Positions 30,182 to 39,308 of a DNA stretch of 64,000 nucleotides are shown one piece after another. This DNA is from a virus. The stretch lies in IMG/VR virus record IMGVR_UViG_3300046740_000391, positions 4,640 through 68,639 of that record; one strand, written 5' to 3'. Numbering within the stretch: the stretch's first letter is position 1; the number at the start of each line of letters is the position of its first letter. Made by a program: the position numbers and the translations under genes. The notes under the pieces are model-generated. The model saw nothing but the letters and a program-made list of their open reading frames with translations, ran no database searches and was not told the DNA's origin.

Positions 30182-30793
30182 CTACCAGGTGATGGTCACA
30201 TGGGACTGGTTGGGTATCGAAGTCCACGTCGAGTGATACACGTCGATCACATGGTCGCCGCCACACGCGCACCAATCGATCAGGCGGACCCGGACCCCGT
30301 TGACGAACACGTACCGGCCCCGCCAGTGGCCCAGGGCCCGCCTGAGCTCCGGGCCCGCCGCCGCGTACTTCCCGCCCGCCGGGTAGCCGCTCGCGCACCG
30401 GCTCGGGTACGCTGGCCAGCAGTACCAGGTCGCAACACCGGTTACCCGTCCGTCACCGGAGCGACCGCGAGGAGGGATCAACCGTGGAGAGTGCTGTGTC
30501 TCAGTACGTGGTCTTGGTTGGGCTATTCGGGGTGGGCGTTGGGTTGGCGCTCGGCGCGGTGGCAGTGGCCATGGCTGATCGATGGCGATCAGGGGGCGAG
30601 CTGTTGGTGTCGCAGGATCAGCCGACCGAACTTCCACAGACTGATCCATACGTGACAGAACAGCAGTAAAATCGGCCGCTGGGATGGCTCGGTAGGTCGT
30701 CGGGGGGTCGGCTTTCGAGACCCCAACCAGCAACCAGAGCGCTCCTATCGCCAGCAGAAATGCCCGGCGGTAGGGGCGTTTTTTGGTCCCCAT
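30182..30793 (-). CDS. Secreted or anchored RlpA-like double-psi beta-barrel protein
   Basis: N-terminal signal; GVATWY...YAAAGP...VRLIDWC...VID. Confidence 0.7.
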   Translation of the reverse strand: MGTKKRPYRRAFLLAIGALWLLVGVSKADPPTTYRAIPAADFTAVLSRMDQSVEVRSADPATPTARPLIAIDQPWPLPPRRAPTQRPPRIAQPRPRTETQHSPRLIPPRGRSGDGRVTGVATWYCWPAYPSRCASGYPAGGKYAAAGPELRRALGHWRGRYVFVNGVRVRLIDWCACGGDHVIDVYHSTWTSIPNQSHVTITW

Positions 30794-30799
30794 GGACCA

Positions 30800-30829
30800 A
30801 CCCTAGCCGCTAGTCCACCCATATGTCAA
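30800..30829 (-). promoter_or_regulatory. Sigma70-like promoter, probably giving a leaderless transcript
   Basis: TTGACA-N18-TAGGGT ending 6 nt before ATG 30793; no SD. Confidence 0.65.
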
Positions 30830-31266
30830 ATGCTGAACCAGTGAGCCGCCTTGTCTACGCCGCCGATCAGGAGCATCAGCGCGGCGTCGGTGTCGTATCG
30901 CTCGGGCTTGTTATTCCTGATCGCGCGCATGTTCAGCCAGTCGATGGTCTCGGGGAAAGGAATACCGAGGATCGCGGTGCGGTACACAACTTCGTACTCA
31001 CGCGGTGCGAACTTTCGGAGTTTACGGAATGCGCGGGTGGCTTTGACTCTGGGTTCGCGGTGTTCCGCCCACCGCCGGTCGTTGGTCTGATTGGAGGCCC
31101 CGTCGAGCCAGCGGGCGAAATCCTGATGCCATTGCGGGGCTCCGCCGCCATCAGTATCCCTGGAGTGGATCCTCAGTGGGACCTCTTCGTTCCAGTAGCC
31201 CGCTAGCTCGCGCATGGTCTTGAACGTCTCCGTCAAGACCTCCGAGGGGATGGAAACGGTCGCCAC
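30826..31266 (-). CDS. Hypothetical protein, possibly a sigma-region-4-like or late regulator
   Basis: GGGAGG RBS; AFRKL...PREYEVVY...G...ETI; distal end of the early arm. Confidence 0.45.
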   Translation of the reverse strand: MATVSIPSEVLTETFKTMRELAGYWNEEVPLRIHSRDTDGGGAPQWHQDFARWLDGASNQTNDRRWAEHREPRVKATRAFRKLRKFAPREYEVVYRTAILGIPFPETIDWLNMRAIRNNKPERYDTDAALMLLIGGVDKAAHWFSI

Positions 31267-31433
31267 TCAGACCTCCCATCCCGCGGGCGGCCTGAGTATG
31301 CCAGATCAGAACTTTGCGTATAGCAGCGCGGCGCAGATCAAGATGGCAGCCCAGCACGCGAGGTCTCGTCCTCGGCCTTGGACTTCGCCGACGATGGCAA
31401 CCACGAGACCGGCGATCACGAGAGCCTGGTAGA

Positions 31434-31949
31434 TCATTCGTCATCCTCCCACTCACCGATACGTTCGAACTCGCCGTATCGGCGAACTTGCCAGGCGTAC
31501 ACCCTCCGCCTTCTGGCCAGTGCGGCGTCGACAACATGTCCGGTGCCGCCCGGCATCGACTCGTCCTCGAAGAAGGCCTCCACCTGATCAGCGGCGCTGA
31601 TCAGTTCGTAGTCGCGGTCGTACGTCGCGCCACGGCTGCCCGGCTCAGGCTGGAACCATTCAACTGTCAACCCACGCCGTTTGGCCAGTTCGGCGGCGGT
31701 CATGTCTATCGCAGATGTGTTTCGTTTGTCCATCGGTTGGCGCAACAGAATGATGACGTCCGCTGGCAGTTCAGTAAGCCGACGATCGAATGCCTGACCG
31801 AACGCGAGCGGGCTCAGTGAGTGTGAGGCGACGACAGCAACCCGTCGGGGTCCGAGATCTCCGACTCCGACGGCTGTTCGGCCACCTCTTCGATAGTCAC
31901 CACCACCATGGGTGGCTGTTTCGAGTTCACGGTCTTCGAAGTTACGCAT
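31434..31949 (-). CDS. SLOG-family (YspA/DUF2493-like) protein; start uncertain
   Basis: RVAVVAS...AAELA...RD..LI..AD.V.AF...GGTGHVV..A. Confidence 0.65.
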   Translation of the reverse strand: MRNFEDRELETATHGGGDYRRGGRTAVGVGDLGPRRVAVVASHSLSPLAFGQAFDRRLTELPADVIILLRQPMDKRNTSAIDMTAAELAKRRGLTVEWFQPEPGSRGATYDRDYELISAADQVEAFFEDESMPGGTGHVVDAALARRRRVYAWQVRRYGEFERIGEWEDDE

Positions 31950-32296
31950 GGCAGGAACCAGAAATCATCAACGTTCAGCGCCATGGCAAGGGCATCGTTG
32001 AGCGCCTTCATGGCGTTGTCGCAGTCCATCCGGCGGGTCAGGTAGAAACGGTAGGTCAGACGGATCCAGCCCCCATCGTGCTGCCAGCCGGATGGCTTCG
32101 CTGCCCTGGTGCGCCACACGGCCAGTTGTTGGTAGTCCGTCACGTTCTGTTTCTTCGCCAAGCCAATCCTGACCACCTGACGCCCCTCGGCTGAGAGGAT
32201 CGGCTGGCCGAACGAGTCCCGCATCGGCTTTTTGATCGGTCGATAGCTGTGGTTCATCGAGGGCGGTTGGCCCTCGATGGTCACCGAGAAGCGCAC
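31814..32296 (-). CDS. rusA: RusA-like Holliday junction resolvase
   Basis: PPSMNH.Y; DCDNAMKALNDAL...VDD catalytic Asp pattern. Confidence 0.8.
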   Translation of the reverse strand: MRFSVTIEGQPPSMNHSYRPIKKPMRDSFGQPILSAEGRQVVRIGLAKKQNVTDYQQLAVWRTRAAKPSGWQHDGGWIRLTYRFYLTRRMDCDNAMKALNDALAMALNVDDFWFLPCVTSKTVNSKQPPMVVVTIEEVAEQPSESEISDPDGLLSSPHTH

Positions 32297-32703
32297 GCGT
32301 GGCTTTTCCTGGCGGAACAACTACGAGAACAGAGACGGGCCCGTCCGGCTTGATACTCCGCCCACCGGGGCTTGAAGCGCTTACCGCAGATTTCACAGGC
32401 CACCTCCAGCGTTCGGCTCTGTTCGAGCTGCTCGGGGGTTTTTGTGTACTTTGAACGGTTGCACGTGAGGCACGATCTTACGATATTGAAGAACTGGTTC
32501 GGGCCTCCACGGTCGAATGGCACGACGTGATCGAAGGTGCCAACCTCCAAGGTGATACCGCAGTAGTGACAGGTCGAGCTGCTGCGCTCCACCATCCACA
32601 GGTCGTGGGCTCGGATCTTGCCGAAACTCCCAGCGCGCTCCGCCCGACGGTTCATTGAACTCGCCAATCGGACCAGCCGTCGCCATTCCGAGGTTTGGGT
32701 CAT
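32281..32703 (-). CDS. HNH endonuclease with C-terminal zinc finger
   Basis: CHYCG...DHVVP..RGG.N...NIV.SC..CN.SK. Confidence 0.88.
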   Translation of the reverse strand: MTQTSEWRRLVRLASSMNRRAERAGSFGKIRAHDLWMVERSSSTCHYCGITLEVGTFDHVVPFDRGGPNQFFNIVRSCLTCNRSKYTKTPEQLEQSRTLEVACEICGKRFKPRWAEYQAGRARLCSRSCSARKSHACASR

Positions 32704-33077
32704 CAGTTGCCCACCAGCCCTCGCTCCACGAGCGACCGTAGATACCAGCGGAGAAGCTGTCGATTGGCGGTGTTCCACTGGTGTCCGGCTCGGGCGCCGT
32801 CTTCGGTGTGGCCTTGGCAGAGCGAAACCAGATGTGCCGGGTCACTCGGTGCCCTCACGCCCATCCGCTGCTCGTCTTTGATGTGGTCCAAGGTCAAGCG
32901 ACCCCAGCACGGACCCGATGTGATGGGGGACAGAAATGACGCGACGCATCCCGCCGTCGTCGACACCGCCCGCAGCTTCCCTCCCCGCAGCTCCCACTGA
33001 TGCAGATCCCGACCGAGCACCAGTAGTCGCAGCTCCGGGGTGACCGGATCCTTGTGTCCGGGCGAGCGGTTTTTCAT
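32703..33077 (-). CDS. Divergent HNH-like protein
   Basis: VLGRD...C...C.GRLTLDHIK...LVSLC..H. Confidence 0.65.
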   Translation of the reverse strand: MKNRSPGHKDPVTPELRLLVLGRDLHQWELRGGKLRAVSTTAGCVASFLSPITSGPCWGRLTLDHIKDEQRMGVRAPSDPAHLVSLCQGHTEDGARAGHQWNTANRQLLRWYLRSLVERGLVGN

Positions 33078-33402
33078 CTGCCCTCACGACCGCCATGGAA
33101 TGGGCGGCTTTCCAGAAGTATCCCACGGGGTTCGTACGGGACATTTGCGCGGCCCGCTGAGCACAAACCAGGTATGCCATCGCGCAGTCGGATGGGTCGT
33201 AGGCACAGTGCTCGGAGCTGTACGGGTTGAGCGTTTTGCAGTGCCGCGTGCGCCAGATCTTGCGCAGGTCGCCGAACTTTGGCCGGAACCCGAACGATGC
33301 CCAGGTGGTCGCGATCCTGGGGTCGACCTGCTCACGGGCAAACTCCGTCGCAACGACGCACGGGTGGGATTTGGGGGGAGTAGACTTCGCTGGTCCAGTC
33401 AT
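32842..33402 (-). CDS. Hypothetical Cys/His protein, possibly replication-initiator-related
   Basis: GGGAG RBS before ATG 33402; NPVGYFW motif; next to DnaA-like boxes. Confidence 0.45.
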   Translation of the reverse strand: MTGPAKSTPPKSHPCVVATEFAREQVDPRIATTWASFGFRPKFGDLRKIWRTRHCKTLNPYSSEHCAYDPSDCAMAYLVCAQRAAQMSRTNPVGYFWKAAHSMAVVRADEKPLARTQGSGHPGAATTGARSGSASVGAAGREAAGGVDDGGMRRVISVPHHIGSVLGSLDLGPHQRRAADGREGTE

Positions 33403-33516
33403 TTGGACTCCCCAAAGAGGTGCGGTCGGGGCCCCGTCAAGAACCCCGACCAAACCGATGAACGAGCCGCTGACCCAGCTCGCTCAGACATAACTCTACC
33501 AGGATCCCGAGGACTT

Positions 33517-33547
33517 TTGTCCACAGGTGGTCCACAGCGGTGGAAAA
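33517..33547. promoter_or_regulatory. Three DnaA-box-like 9-mers at 11-bp spacing (candidate origin)
   Basis: TTGTCCACA 33517, TGGTCCACA 33528, reverse TTTTCCACC 33539. Confidence 0.6.
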
Positions 33548-33559
33548 CAGCCGTAAATC

Positions 33560-33850
33560 CCAGGCTAGGCAACGAGCCGAACGGGTGATTCGAGGGTCGA
33601 TCGAGCCGCACGAGAGGTGCGGGATCCCCTCGGAGAAACACCTACGAACCCCCGTCCTGTGCCCGGTAAGGGCAGCGGCAGCTGGTGTGGGGCGTCCACG
33701 ACGGCAGACCCGACCCTGAGTACCAGCTGAACACGTGCTGAGCGACGCCGAATGTCCGATGGCACGCACCGTCCCCCGCAAGGGGGCGGTGTGCCTCGCT
33801 TCTACCTCGTCCTCTGGCATATGGGAGTTGAGGACGCTGGGTCAAGGTAG
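33560..33850 (+). ncRNA. Putative large structured ncRNA of unknown family
   Basis: Six consecutive stems with GNRA-type loops and G-U pairs on +, in a ~440-nt gap without a credible ORF. Confidence 0.65.
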
Positions 33851-34181
33851 TAACCGGGCCAGCAGGAACGCGGTGTAGCCGAACCCGAAGATGGCCCACG
33901 GGGGACCACCGAGGAACCCGGTGATCAGGGAGATCGCCACGCCCATGATCAGGTTGGCGGCCAGGTCGACCTTTTCCTTGTGAGTCACCGCACCGACCAT
34001 CCGCAGTGCGGACACCGGTACCCCTCGTCCCAATCGAATAATTCCGCGCGCATCGCTCCGAGCGTGGCGATCGTGTTGTCGATCCAGTCCTGGGCCTCTT
34101 TGTGGGTCTGGCACCGACGATGGACGTGGTCAGGACGCTGAGCTGCGTATCGCTCGTCGCTGACGTAGATCGTCACGATCG

Positions 34182-34748
34182 TCATTTCTGGTCCGCGGGC
34201 ATGGTGATCGGGATCGGGCCCCTGTTGGGCACAATTCCCCAGCCGCCGCAGCCCTGGCACGGGCCCTTTTTGTTGTACGGGTCCTTGTGCAACGAGTGCT
34301 TGTTGGTGCCGAACCGCGCCTTGATCGTCCGCGATCGGCATCTCGGGCAGACTGCAACCGCCCCGAAGTCGATCTTGCTGGGCATCTCGGTGAACCGGTA
34401 CTCCGATGCCTCTGGCGTCTCCGGCTCGTTCTTGATGATCTCGGGCTCCGCGGGCGTGTAGTCCCAGCTGCCGTCAGCTCCCTGCTTCACCGCATCGTGG
34501 AGCGATCCGCGTGACGGGCTGACCGTCTGCTCGATGACGAGCCTGTACTGCCAGATGTCGCGGTCAGGGTTCGGGTGCCGCCGCTGCTGGATCCGGTGAC
34601 CTTCGCTGCGCAGCTCCCGCAGGCGCTTCAGGCCCTCGGAGCCGCCGACGCGCTCGTTGGCAAGATCGGGCCCGTCAACCCAGCTGTTCGCGTTCCGCCG
34701 CAGGACCCACAGCACCTGGTCCTTCCGGGTGAGGTTCTCCGTATTCAT
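34182..34748 (-). CDS. HTH DNA-binding protein with C-terminal zinc finger
   Basis: VL..LR...WV.G..L...RLRELR.EGH.I; CPRC...CQGCGG. Confidence 0.65.
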   Translation of the reverse strand: MNTENLTRKDQVLWVLRRNANSWVDGPDLANERVGGSEGLKRLRELRSEGHRIQQRRHPNPDRDIWQYRLVIEQTVSPSRGSLHDAVKQGADGSWDYTPAEPEIIKNEPETPEASEYRFTEMPSKIDFGAVAVCPRCRSRTIKARFGTNKHSLHKDPYNKKGPCQGCGGWGIVPNRGPIPITMPADQK

Positions 34749-34954
34749 GCAGCACCCATCCCATCTCCTCTGCCGTGCGCATCAGTTCGGCCTTGATGTG
34801 ATCGATCTGGGTGAGCTGCCGCTGGTAGTCGGTCAGCGGCAGGCCCTCCTGCTTGGCGAGATACCGTCGGTGGATCAGCTCTCCGTGGGCCCTCCAGGCC
34901 CAGTCCCAAACGAGACGGGCCTGGGGTTCCCTGAGCCTGATCCGGCCCGACGGT

Positions 34955-35872
34955 TCAGCCGTACCCGTTGCCTTCATTGCGCATCTGTACGTCAACTTCG
35001 GCGTGACGGAGATCCAGGTACTGGATCAGTTTGCTGGCGTCGTCGGGCTCGATCTCACGCAGCGCGGCGAGGATGGTCTCGGACTGCTTCGTCTCGTCGT
35101 CGGGGAGCACGATCTCGATACCCAGCTCGGAGTTGATCATCTCGACCACCTCCGTTCGGCTCATGTCCAGCTCCTTGCTGGCCTCAGCGATCTTTCGCAG
35201 CTGTACCGGCGATGCCTTCGTGGAGTGCGCACCGCGCGTGACGTTGCCGCGGGTGCCGGTTGAGACGCGCGGAGCCTGGCGGGGGCCCGACGATGCGGTG
35301 CGCTCATCGACCCGGGTGTCCGACTCGGGATCGTCGCCGGTCTCGATCTTGAACAGCTTCATCAGGGCGTACTTCTGGCTGCCGGTGATGGCCTTGTACA
35401 CGCCCTTGTCGCCCTTGTCCGCGCCGTGGCCCGGCATCCGGAACGAGAACGACTCCTTCCCGTCGGACACGGTGTACTTGATGATGACCTCGGTGATCGG
35501 GTTCTCCGTGTCCTGGCGGTAGAGCTTCACCTTCACCACGTCGGGGATGATCGCGATGCCCGCAGCGGACAGGTATTGGCGAACCGCCCCGACGAGGTCG
35601 CCCTCTGTCACGTAGTGGTACTTGTGGAAGGCGTTGTAGCCCTTCTTGGGGATTGTCCCGACGTGGCCGGTGATGCGGGCAATCTTCTGCTGGAGGGTGA
35701 GGCCCTCCCAATCCTCGTTGAAGATCTGCAGGCTGGCGGCGACGAGATCCGTCTCGTGGCTCATTCCCGCTGGTGCTTCGATGGTTTCGACCTCTTCCAG
35801 GTCAGCTCCGGGTGCTGGGCTCGGGTCTGGTCTGGTCGTCACTGGTGTCGAGGTCGTTCCGGCTCTGGTCAT
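34955..35872 (-). CDS. erf: ERF-family ssDNA annealing protein
   Basis: KKGYN.FHKYHYV...G.GAD.GDKGVYKAITG.QKYALMKLF.I.TGDDPE. Confidence 0.9.
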   Translation of the reverse strand: MTRAGTTSTPVTTRPDPSPAPGADLEEVETIEAPAGMSHETDLVAASLQIFNEDWEGLTLQQKIARITGHVGTIPKKGYNAFHKYHYVTEGDLVGAVRQYLSAAGIAIIPDVVKVKLYRQDTENPITEVIIKYTVSDGKESFSFRMPGHGADKGDKGVYKAITGSQKYALMKLFKIETGDDPESDTRVDERTASSGPRQAPRVSTGTRGNVTRGAHSTKASPVQLRKIAEASKELDMSRTEVVEMINSELGIEIVLPDDETKQSETILAALREIEPDDASKLIQYLDLRHAEVDVQMRNEGNGYG

Positions 35873-35885
35873 TGAGGCTCCTTTG

Positions 35886-37919
35886 TCACGCCAACGAGCA
35901 GTTGACGAAGGTCACGCCCGGAGGGTTCGCGCCCATGGCGCTGTAGAACCCGCCCGAGTTGGTTGACACGATGTCCTTGAACACGATGTTGCTCGCGCCG
36001 ACGGACTCGAAGCGGATGGCGAGACCGTTGGCGTTGGTGATCGTGGCGCCGTCAAACAGCCAGTCATGGACGGGCGGCACCCACAGGATGATCGCCTGCT
36101 GAACGGTCGGCTCTCCTCTTCCCCGGTTGCCGACGTACTTGAGGCGTCGGATGGTGACGTTGTAGGCGTTGACGAGGCCGTTGTCGGCGTGATCCATGTG
36201 GACGGCCGAGGCGAGGCCCATGGCCGCTGACGCATCCACGTCGAGGTCCTCGATCAGGATGTCGTGGCAGCCGCCGCGAGAATGGCTGAAGTAGGCGGCG
36301 TGCTCGGTGCTGTGGTCGATCGACGCTCGGAGGACAGACGACAGGACCTTCGGCTTGCGGATGGTGATGTGGTGCACGCCCGGCTCGTCCCAGCCGCCGA
36401 AGTCGATCACGCCCGCCTGCGTCATCGTCGCGTTGGCGAACGTGATCCCGCCCTGGAAGTCGAGGTCGTGCGCGCCGCCGTGGATGCTGAGACCGACTCC
36501 GTTCAGCTGGCCGTTGCCGGTGTTCACCACGCCATCGGTGTGGATGACGCCCGGAACGGTGCGAGCGGCGAACCTGGAGTCGATGTTGATCCTGCCCGAG
36601 TACGTGCCCGGGGCAAGCGTGATGTCCGGCGCGTTGTTGGCGAGCGCGGTGTACAGGTCGGCGATCGTCGTGACCGTCACGGTCGTCGCGGGCGGTGCCT
36701 GCTTCGCGCCAGCATCAGTGCCATCGGATGCTGCGCCTCGTCCCGTCTGTCCGGCGGCGAGGAAGTAGTTGGTGTCGAACGTCTGGCTGAAGAAGTTGTG
36801 GTCGGCCGTCGTGCTCGCCGCGTTGTACGGGTCGTAGATCGAAACGGCGCCCGTGTTCGGCCCGCTGAATGCGTTGTCGCGGACGAGCGCGGTCGAGTGG
36901 TGCCGGAGGTCAACTGCCGAGCCGTTGCCCTTGAAGGTGTTGTGCAGCACCTGAATGGTGATGACCGGCGTCGTCGCGCCATCCCACGTCTGGAGCGCGA
37001 TGGCCCAGCCGTCGAAGATGCACCGCTGCACGACCACGTTGAGCGGGGCGGGCTGACTGTAGATGTCGATGCAGTTGGCGGTGTTGGGACCAACGAAGGT
37101 GCAGTTCTCGATCGTCACCCCGTCCGCGCCGTGGATGATGCCGATGCTGTGATCGACGAGCGGGCTCCCGGCGACGAGGCCCATCGCGCAGTTGCGGATG
37201 GTGACGTGCTTGGTGAGGTAGCCCGTCGTGTCGAAGCCACCGATGACGAAGTTGGCCGCATCGGGTGCAGCTGCCGCGGGCACGTTGATGCCGTCGATGA
37301 TGACGTAGTCCGTCCCGACCCTGTGTGTCGTGTCGTTCGGCCCGAGCGAGATGATCGGCCCCGTCGCGCCGGTGATGTTCACCGTCTCGCTCTGGTAGTT
37401 GCGGATCGTGATGGGCTTCGAGGCTGTTCCGATCAGGCTCGGCCAGGTGTCTCGGGCGTTGCGGAAGCCCGGGTTCCGGTCGTTGACGTAGGGGTAGTTG
37501 CCGCCCCGGACGTACAGGGTCGCCCCGGCCGCGGGCGCGCTCTCGACGAACTTCTGCATCGTGGCCCACGGCTTGCCGATCGTGCCATCACCCGTCGTGT
37601 CGCTGCCGTTGGTCGCCATGTAGTAATCGACTGTGGTCGGCGGCGGCGGGACTGGAACGGCCACGACAACGGTCGCGCTGGCGACGATGACCGTGGTGCC
37701 GTTGTAGCGCGCCGTCACGGTCTGGGTCTTCGGCGTCGCGGAGCAGATCATCCCCCAGTGGAATGTCCCGTCGTTCGCTGAGCGGGCCACGTTCGTCGTC
37801 CACCCCACGCCGTCGAGGGCGAGTTGGACCTTCTTACGTGGATCGAACCCACTGCCGTCGATACGGATATTCGTCCCCGGCGCGGCCGGGTTGGGCGTGA
37901 TGACGAGTTTCGCGGTCAT
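35886..37919 (-). CDS. Ig-like domain plus two right-handed beta-helix domains (DUF1565-type start)
   Basis: YYMATNGSD..GDGT..KPWAT...GATLYVRGG.Y; repeated VTIRNC / VTIENC; GGAGA RBS. Confidence 0.75.
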   Translation of the reverse strand: MTAKLVITPNPAAPGTNIRIDGSGFDPRKKVQLALDGVGWTTNVARSANDGTFHWGMICSATPKTQTVTARYNGTTVIVASATVVVAVPVPPPPTTVDYYMATNGSDTTGDGTIGKPWATMQKFVESAPAAGATLYVRGGNYPYVNDRNPGFRNARDTWPSLIGTASKPITIRNYQSETVNITGATGPIISLGPNDTTHRVGTDYVIIDGINVPAAAAPDAANFVIGGFDTTGYLTKHVTIRNCAMGLVAGSPLVDHSIGIIHGADGVTIENCTFVGPNTANCIDIYSQPAPLNVVVQRCIFDGWAIALQTWDGATTPVITIQVLHNTFKGNGSAVDLRHHSTALVRDNAFSGPNTGAVSIYDPYNAASTTADHNFFSQTFDTNYFLAAGQTGRGAASDGTDAGAKQAPPATTVTVTTIADLYTALANNAPDITLAPGTYSGRINIDSRFAARTVPGVIHTDGVVNTGNGQLNGVGLSIHGGAHDLDFQGGITFANATMTQAGVIDFGGWDEPGVHHITIRKPKVLSSVLRASIDHSTEHAAYFSHSRGGCHDILIEDLDVDASAAMGLASAVHMDHADNGLVNAYNVTIRRLKYVGNRGRGEPTVQQAIILWVPPVHDWLFDGATITNANGLAIRFESVGASNIVFKDIVSTNSGGFYSAMGANPPGVTFVNCSLA

Positions 37920-37929
37920 CGGTTCTCCC

Positions 37930-38700
37930 TCATGCGTTGTACGCGTCGCAGATGTCGCGGTAGCCGCACCACCCGCAGGCGTGCCCCTGGAGACCGGTCG
38001 GCAGGAACGTCCCCTCAGAGACGGCGTGCCGGACCAATTCAAGGATGGACGCAAAGTTGCTGATGGCGTTGTCGCTGACGGGACCGGACGATGCGACCGG
38101 CCAGTGGTACGGCTTCTGGGTCCGGACCATGTAATCCAGGACGACGTCGGCTTCCTTGCGCCCGGTCTCGTTCCGGTAGGCCATGGCGTAGCCGATCATG
38201 TTCAGCTTGTAGTCGCGCGAGCCCTCCGACGGTCGCTTGCGCGTGTACTTGTAGTCCCGGACGCGCTCCTTGTCGTCGACCAGGTCAATCGAATACCCGT
38301 ACGGGATGTCGTTGACCATCATCAGGCCCTCGTGCTCCACCCACAGCGGCTGGATCCCCGGGGCCACACTCTCGTGGTACACCGACAGCGTCTTGATGCC
38401 GGAGTCCTTGGCCTGACCGACCGTCTCCTCTTTGTCCGGTTCGGCCTCTGGCGCCTGGCTGTCGAACGAGGTGCTGAACACGTCGAGCACGTCGTTCAGA
38501 GGTAGGTCGGCCTTGCTCTCGATCTTCTGCGCGTAGTTCGTCTCCTCAGCACTGTGAGCGCTGATGCCGATGATCGAGCGGACCGACGGCGGTCGCTTGA
38601 ACTCGTAGACGTACGCGTACTCCCACTGCTTCGCGCAGCGCAGGAACGTGTTGACGCTGCTCGCGCTGAACGGCTGCTCGCCGTCGACGTCGAAGCTCAC
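37930..38700 (-). CDS. PD-(D/E)xK (RecB/Cas4-like) exonuclease
   Basis: SASSVNTFLRC.KQW; IDLVD...DYK; C.WC.Y...C. Confidence 0.88.
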   Translation of the reverse strand: MSFDVDGEQPFSASSVNTFLRCAKQWEYAYVYEFKRPPSVRSIIGISAHSAEETNYAQKIESKADLPLNDVLDVFSTSFDSQAPEAEPDKEETVGQAKDSGIKTLSVYHESVAPGIQPLWVEHEGLMMVNDIPYGYSIDLVDDKERVRDYKYTRKRPSEGSRDYKLNMIGYAMAYRNETGRKEADVVLDYMVRTQKPYHWPVASSGPVSDNAISNFASILELVRHAVSEGTFLPTGLQGHACGWCGYRDICDAYNA

Positions 38701-39308
38701 CGGTCGGTCGGGATTTGACGGACGATCTCTACCTCAGCAGCGACACCGGTGCGTTCGGTATCGCGAGGCGTTTCCCACAGGGCCCGTTCGCCTTCGTAGC
38801 CACGAAACTTGCCCAGGCACTTGGCCTTGGTGCCGTCGTTGTATGTGATCTCGATCACGTAATACCGATCGGGTTCGGGTTCTTCGACGGTCATCATCGG
38901 ATCCAACAGTGACCCTCCTGCGTGGTTTATGCCAACGACGAACGATGCGTGCGTCGCACTGAAACGGCATCGCGCCCGCGCGCGCGGCCGGTCCTGTGCG
39001 CGTCGTCAATCGCGCGAACCAGCCGCGCGTGCCGACGCGCGCCGATGTTGTACACGACCTTCGTGCTGAAGGTCGAGGTGGGGTTGTTAGCCACGAGCGT
39101 GAGCAGCGTGGCGGTGTTGCGTGCACAGCGAGCGTGCGCGCAATCCTCGCAGGTGGCGTCGAGCAGCAACCTGATCTCGTCGATCAGTTGTCGCTGGCTC
39201 ATGGCTTCCTGCGGGCGTCTCATATGGGTGGAGTTTACCACGAACGCATTGTTGATCTGGAGGGTGGATGATGCGACCATCTCAGTGACCGCCTATACAG
39301 GGGACTGC

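Noticed and set aside
33640-33680. Short matches to ColE1 origin words (ACGAACCCCC, CCGGTAAG)
   Set aside because: The matches are short, not collinear and on inconsistent strands; not evidence of homology.
37930-38700. Cas4 / CRISPR adaptation gene
   Set aside because: Context with ERF and SSB indicates a phage recombination exonuclease; no array or cas1.
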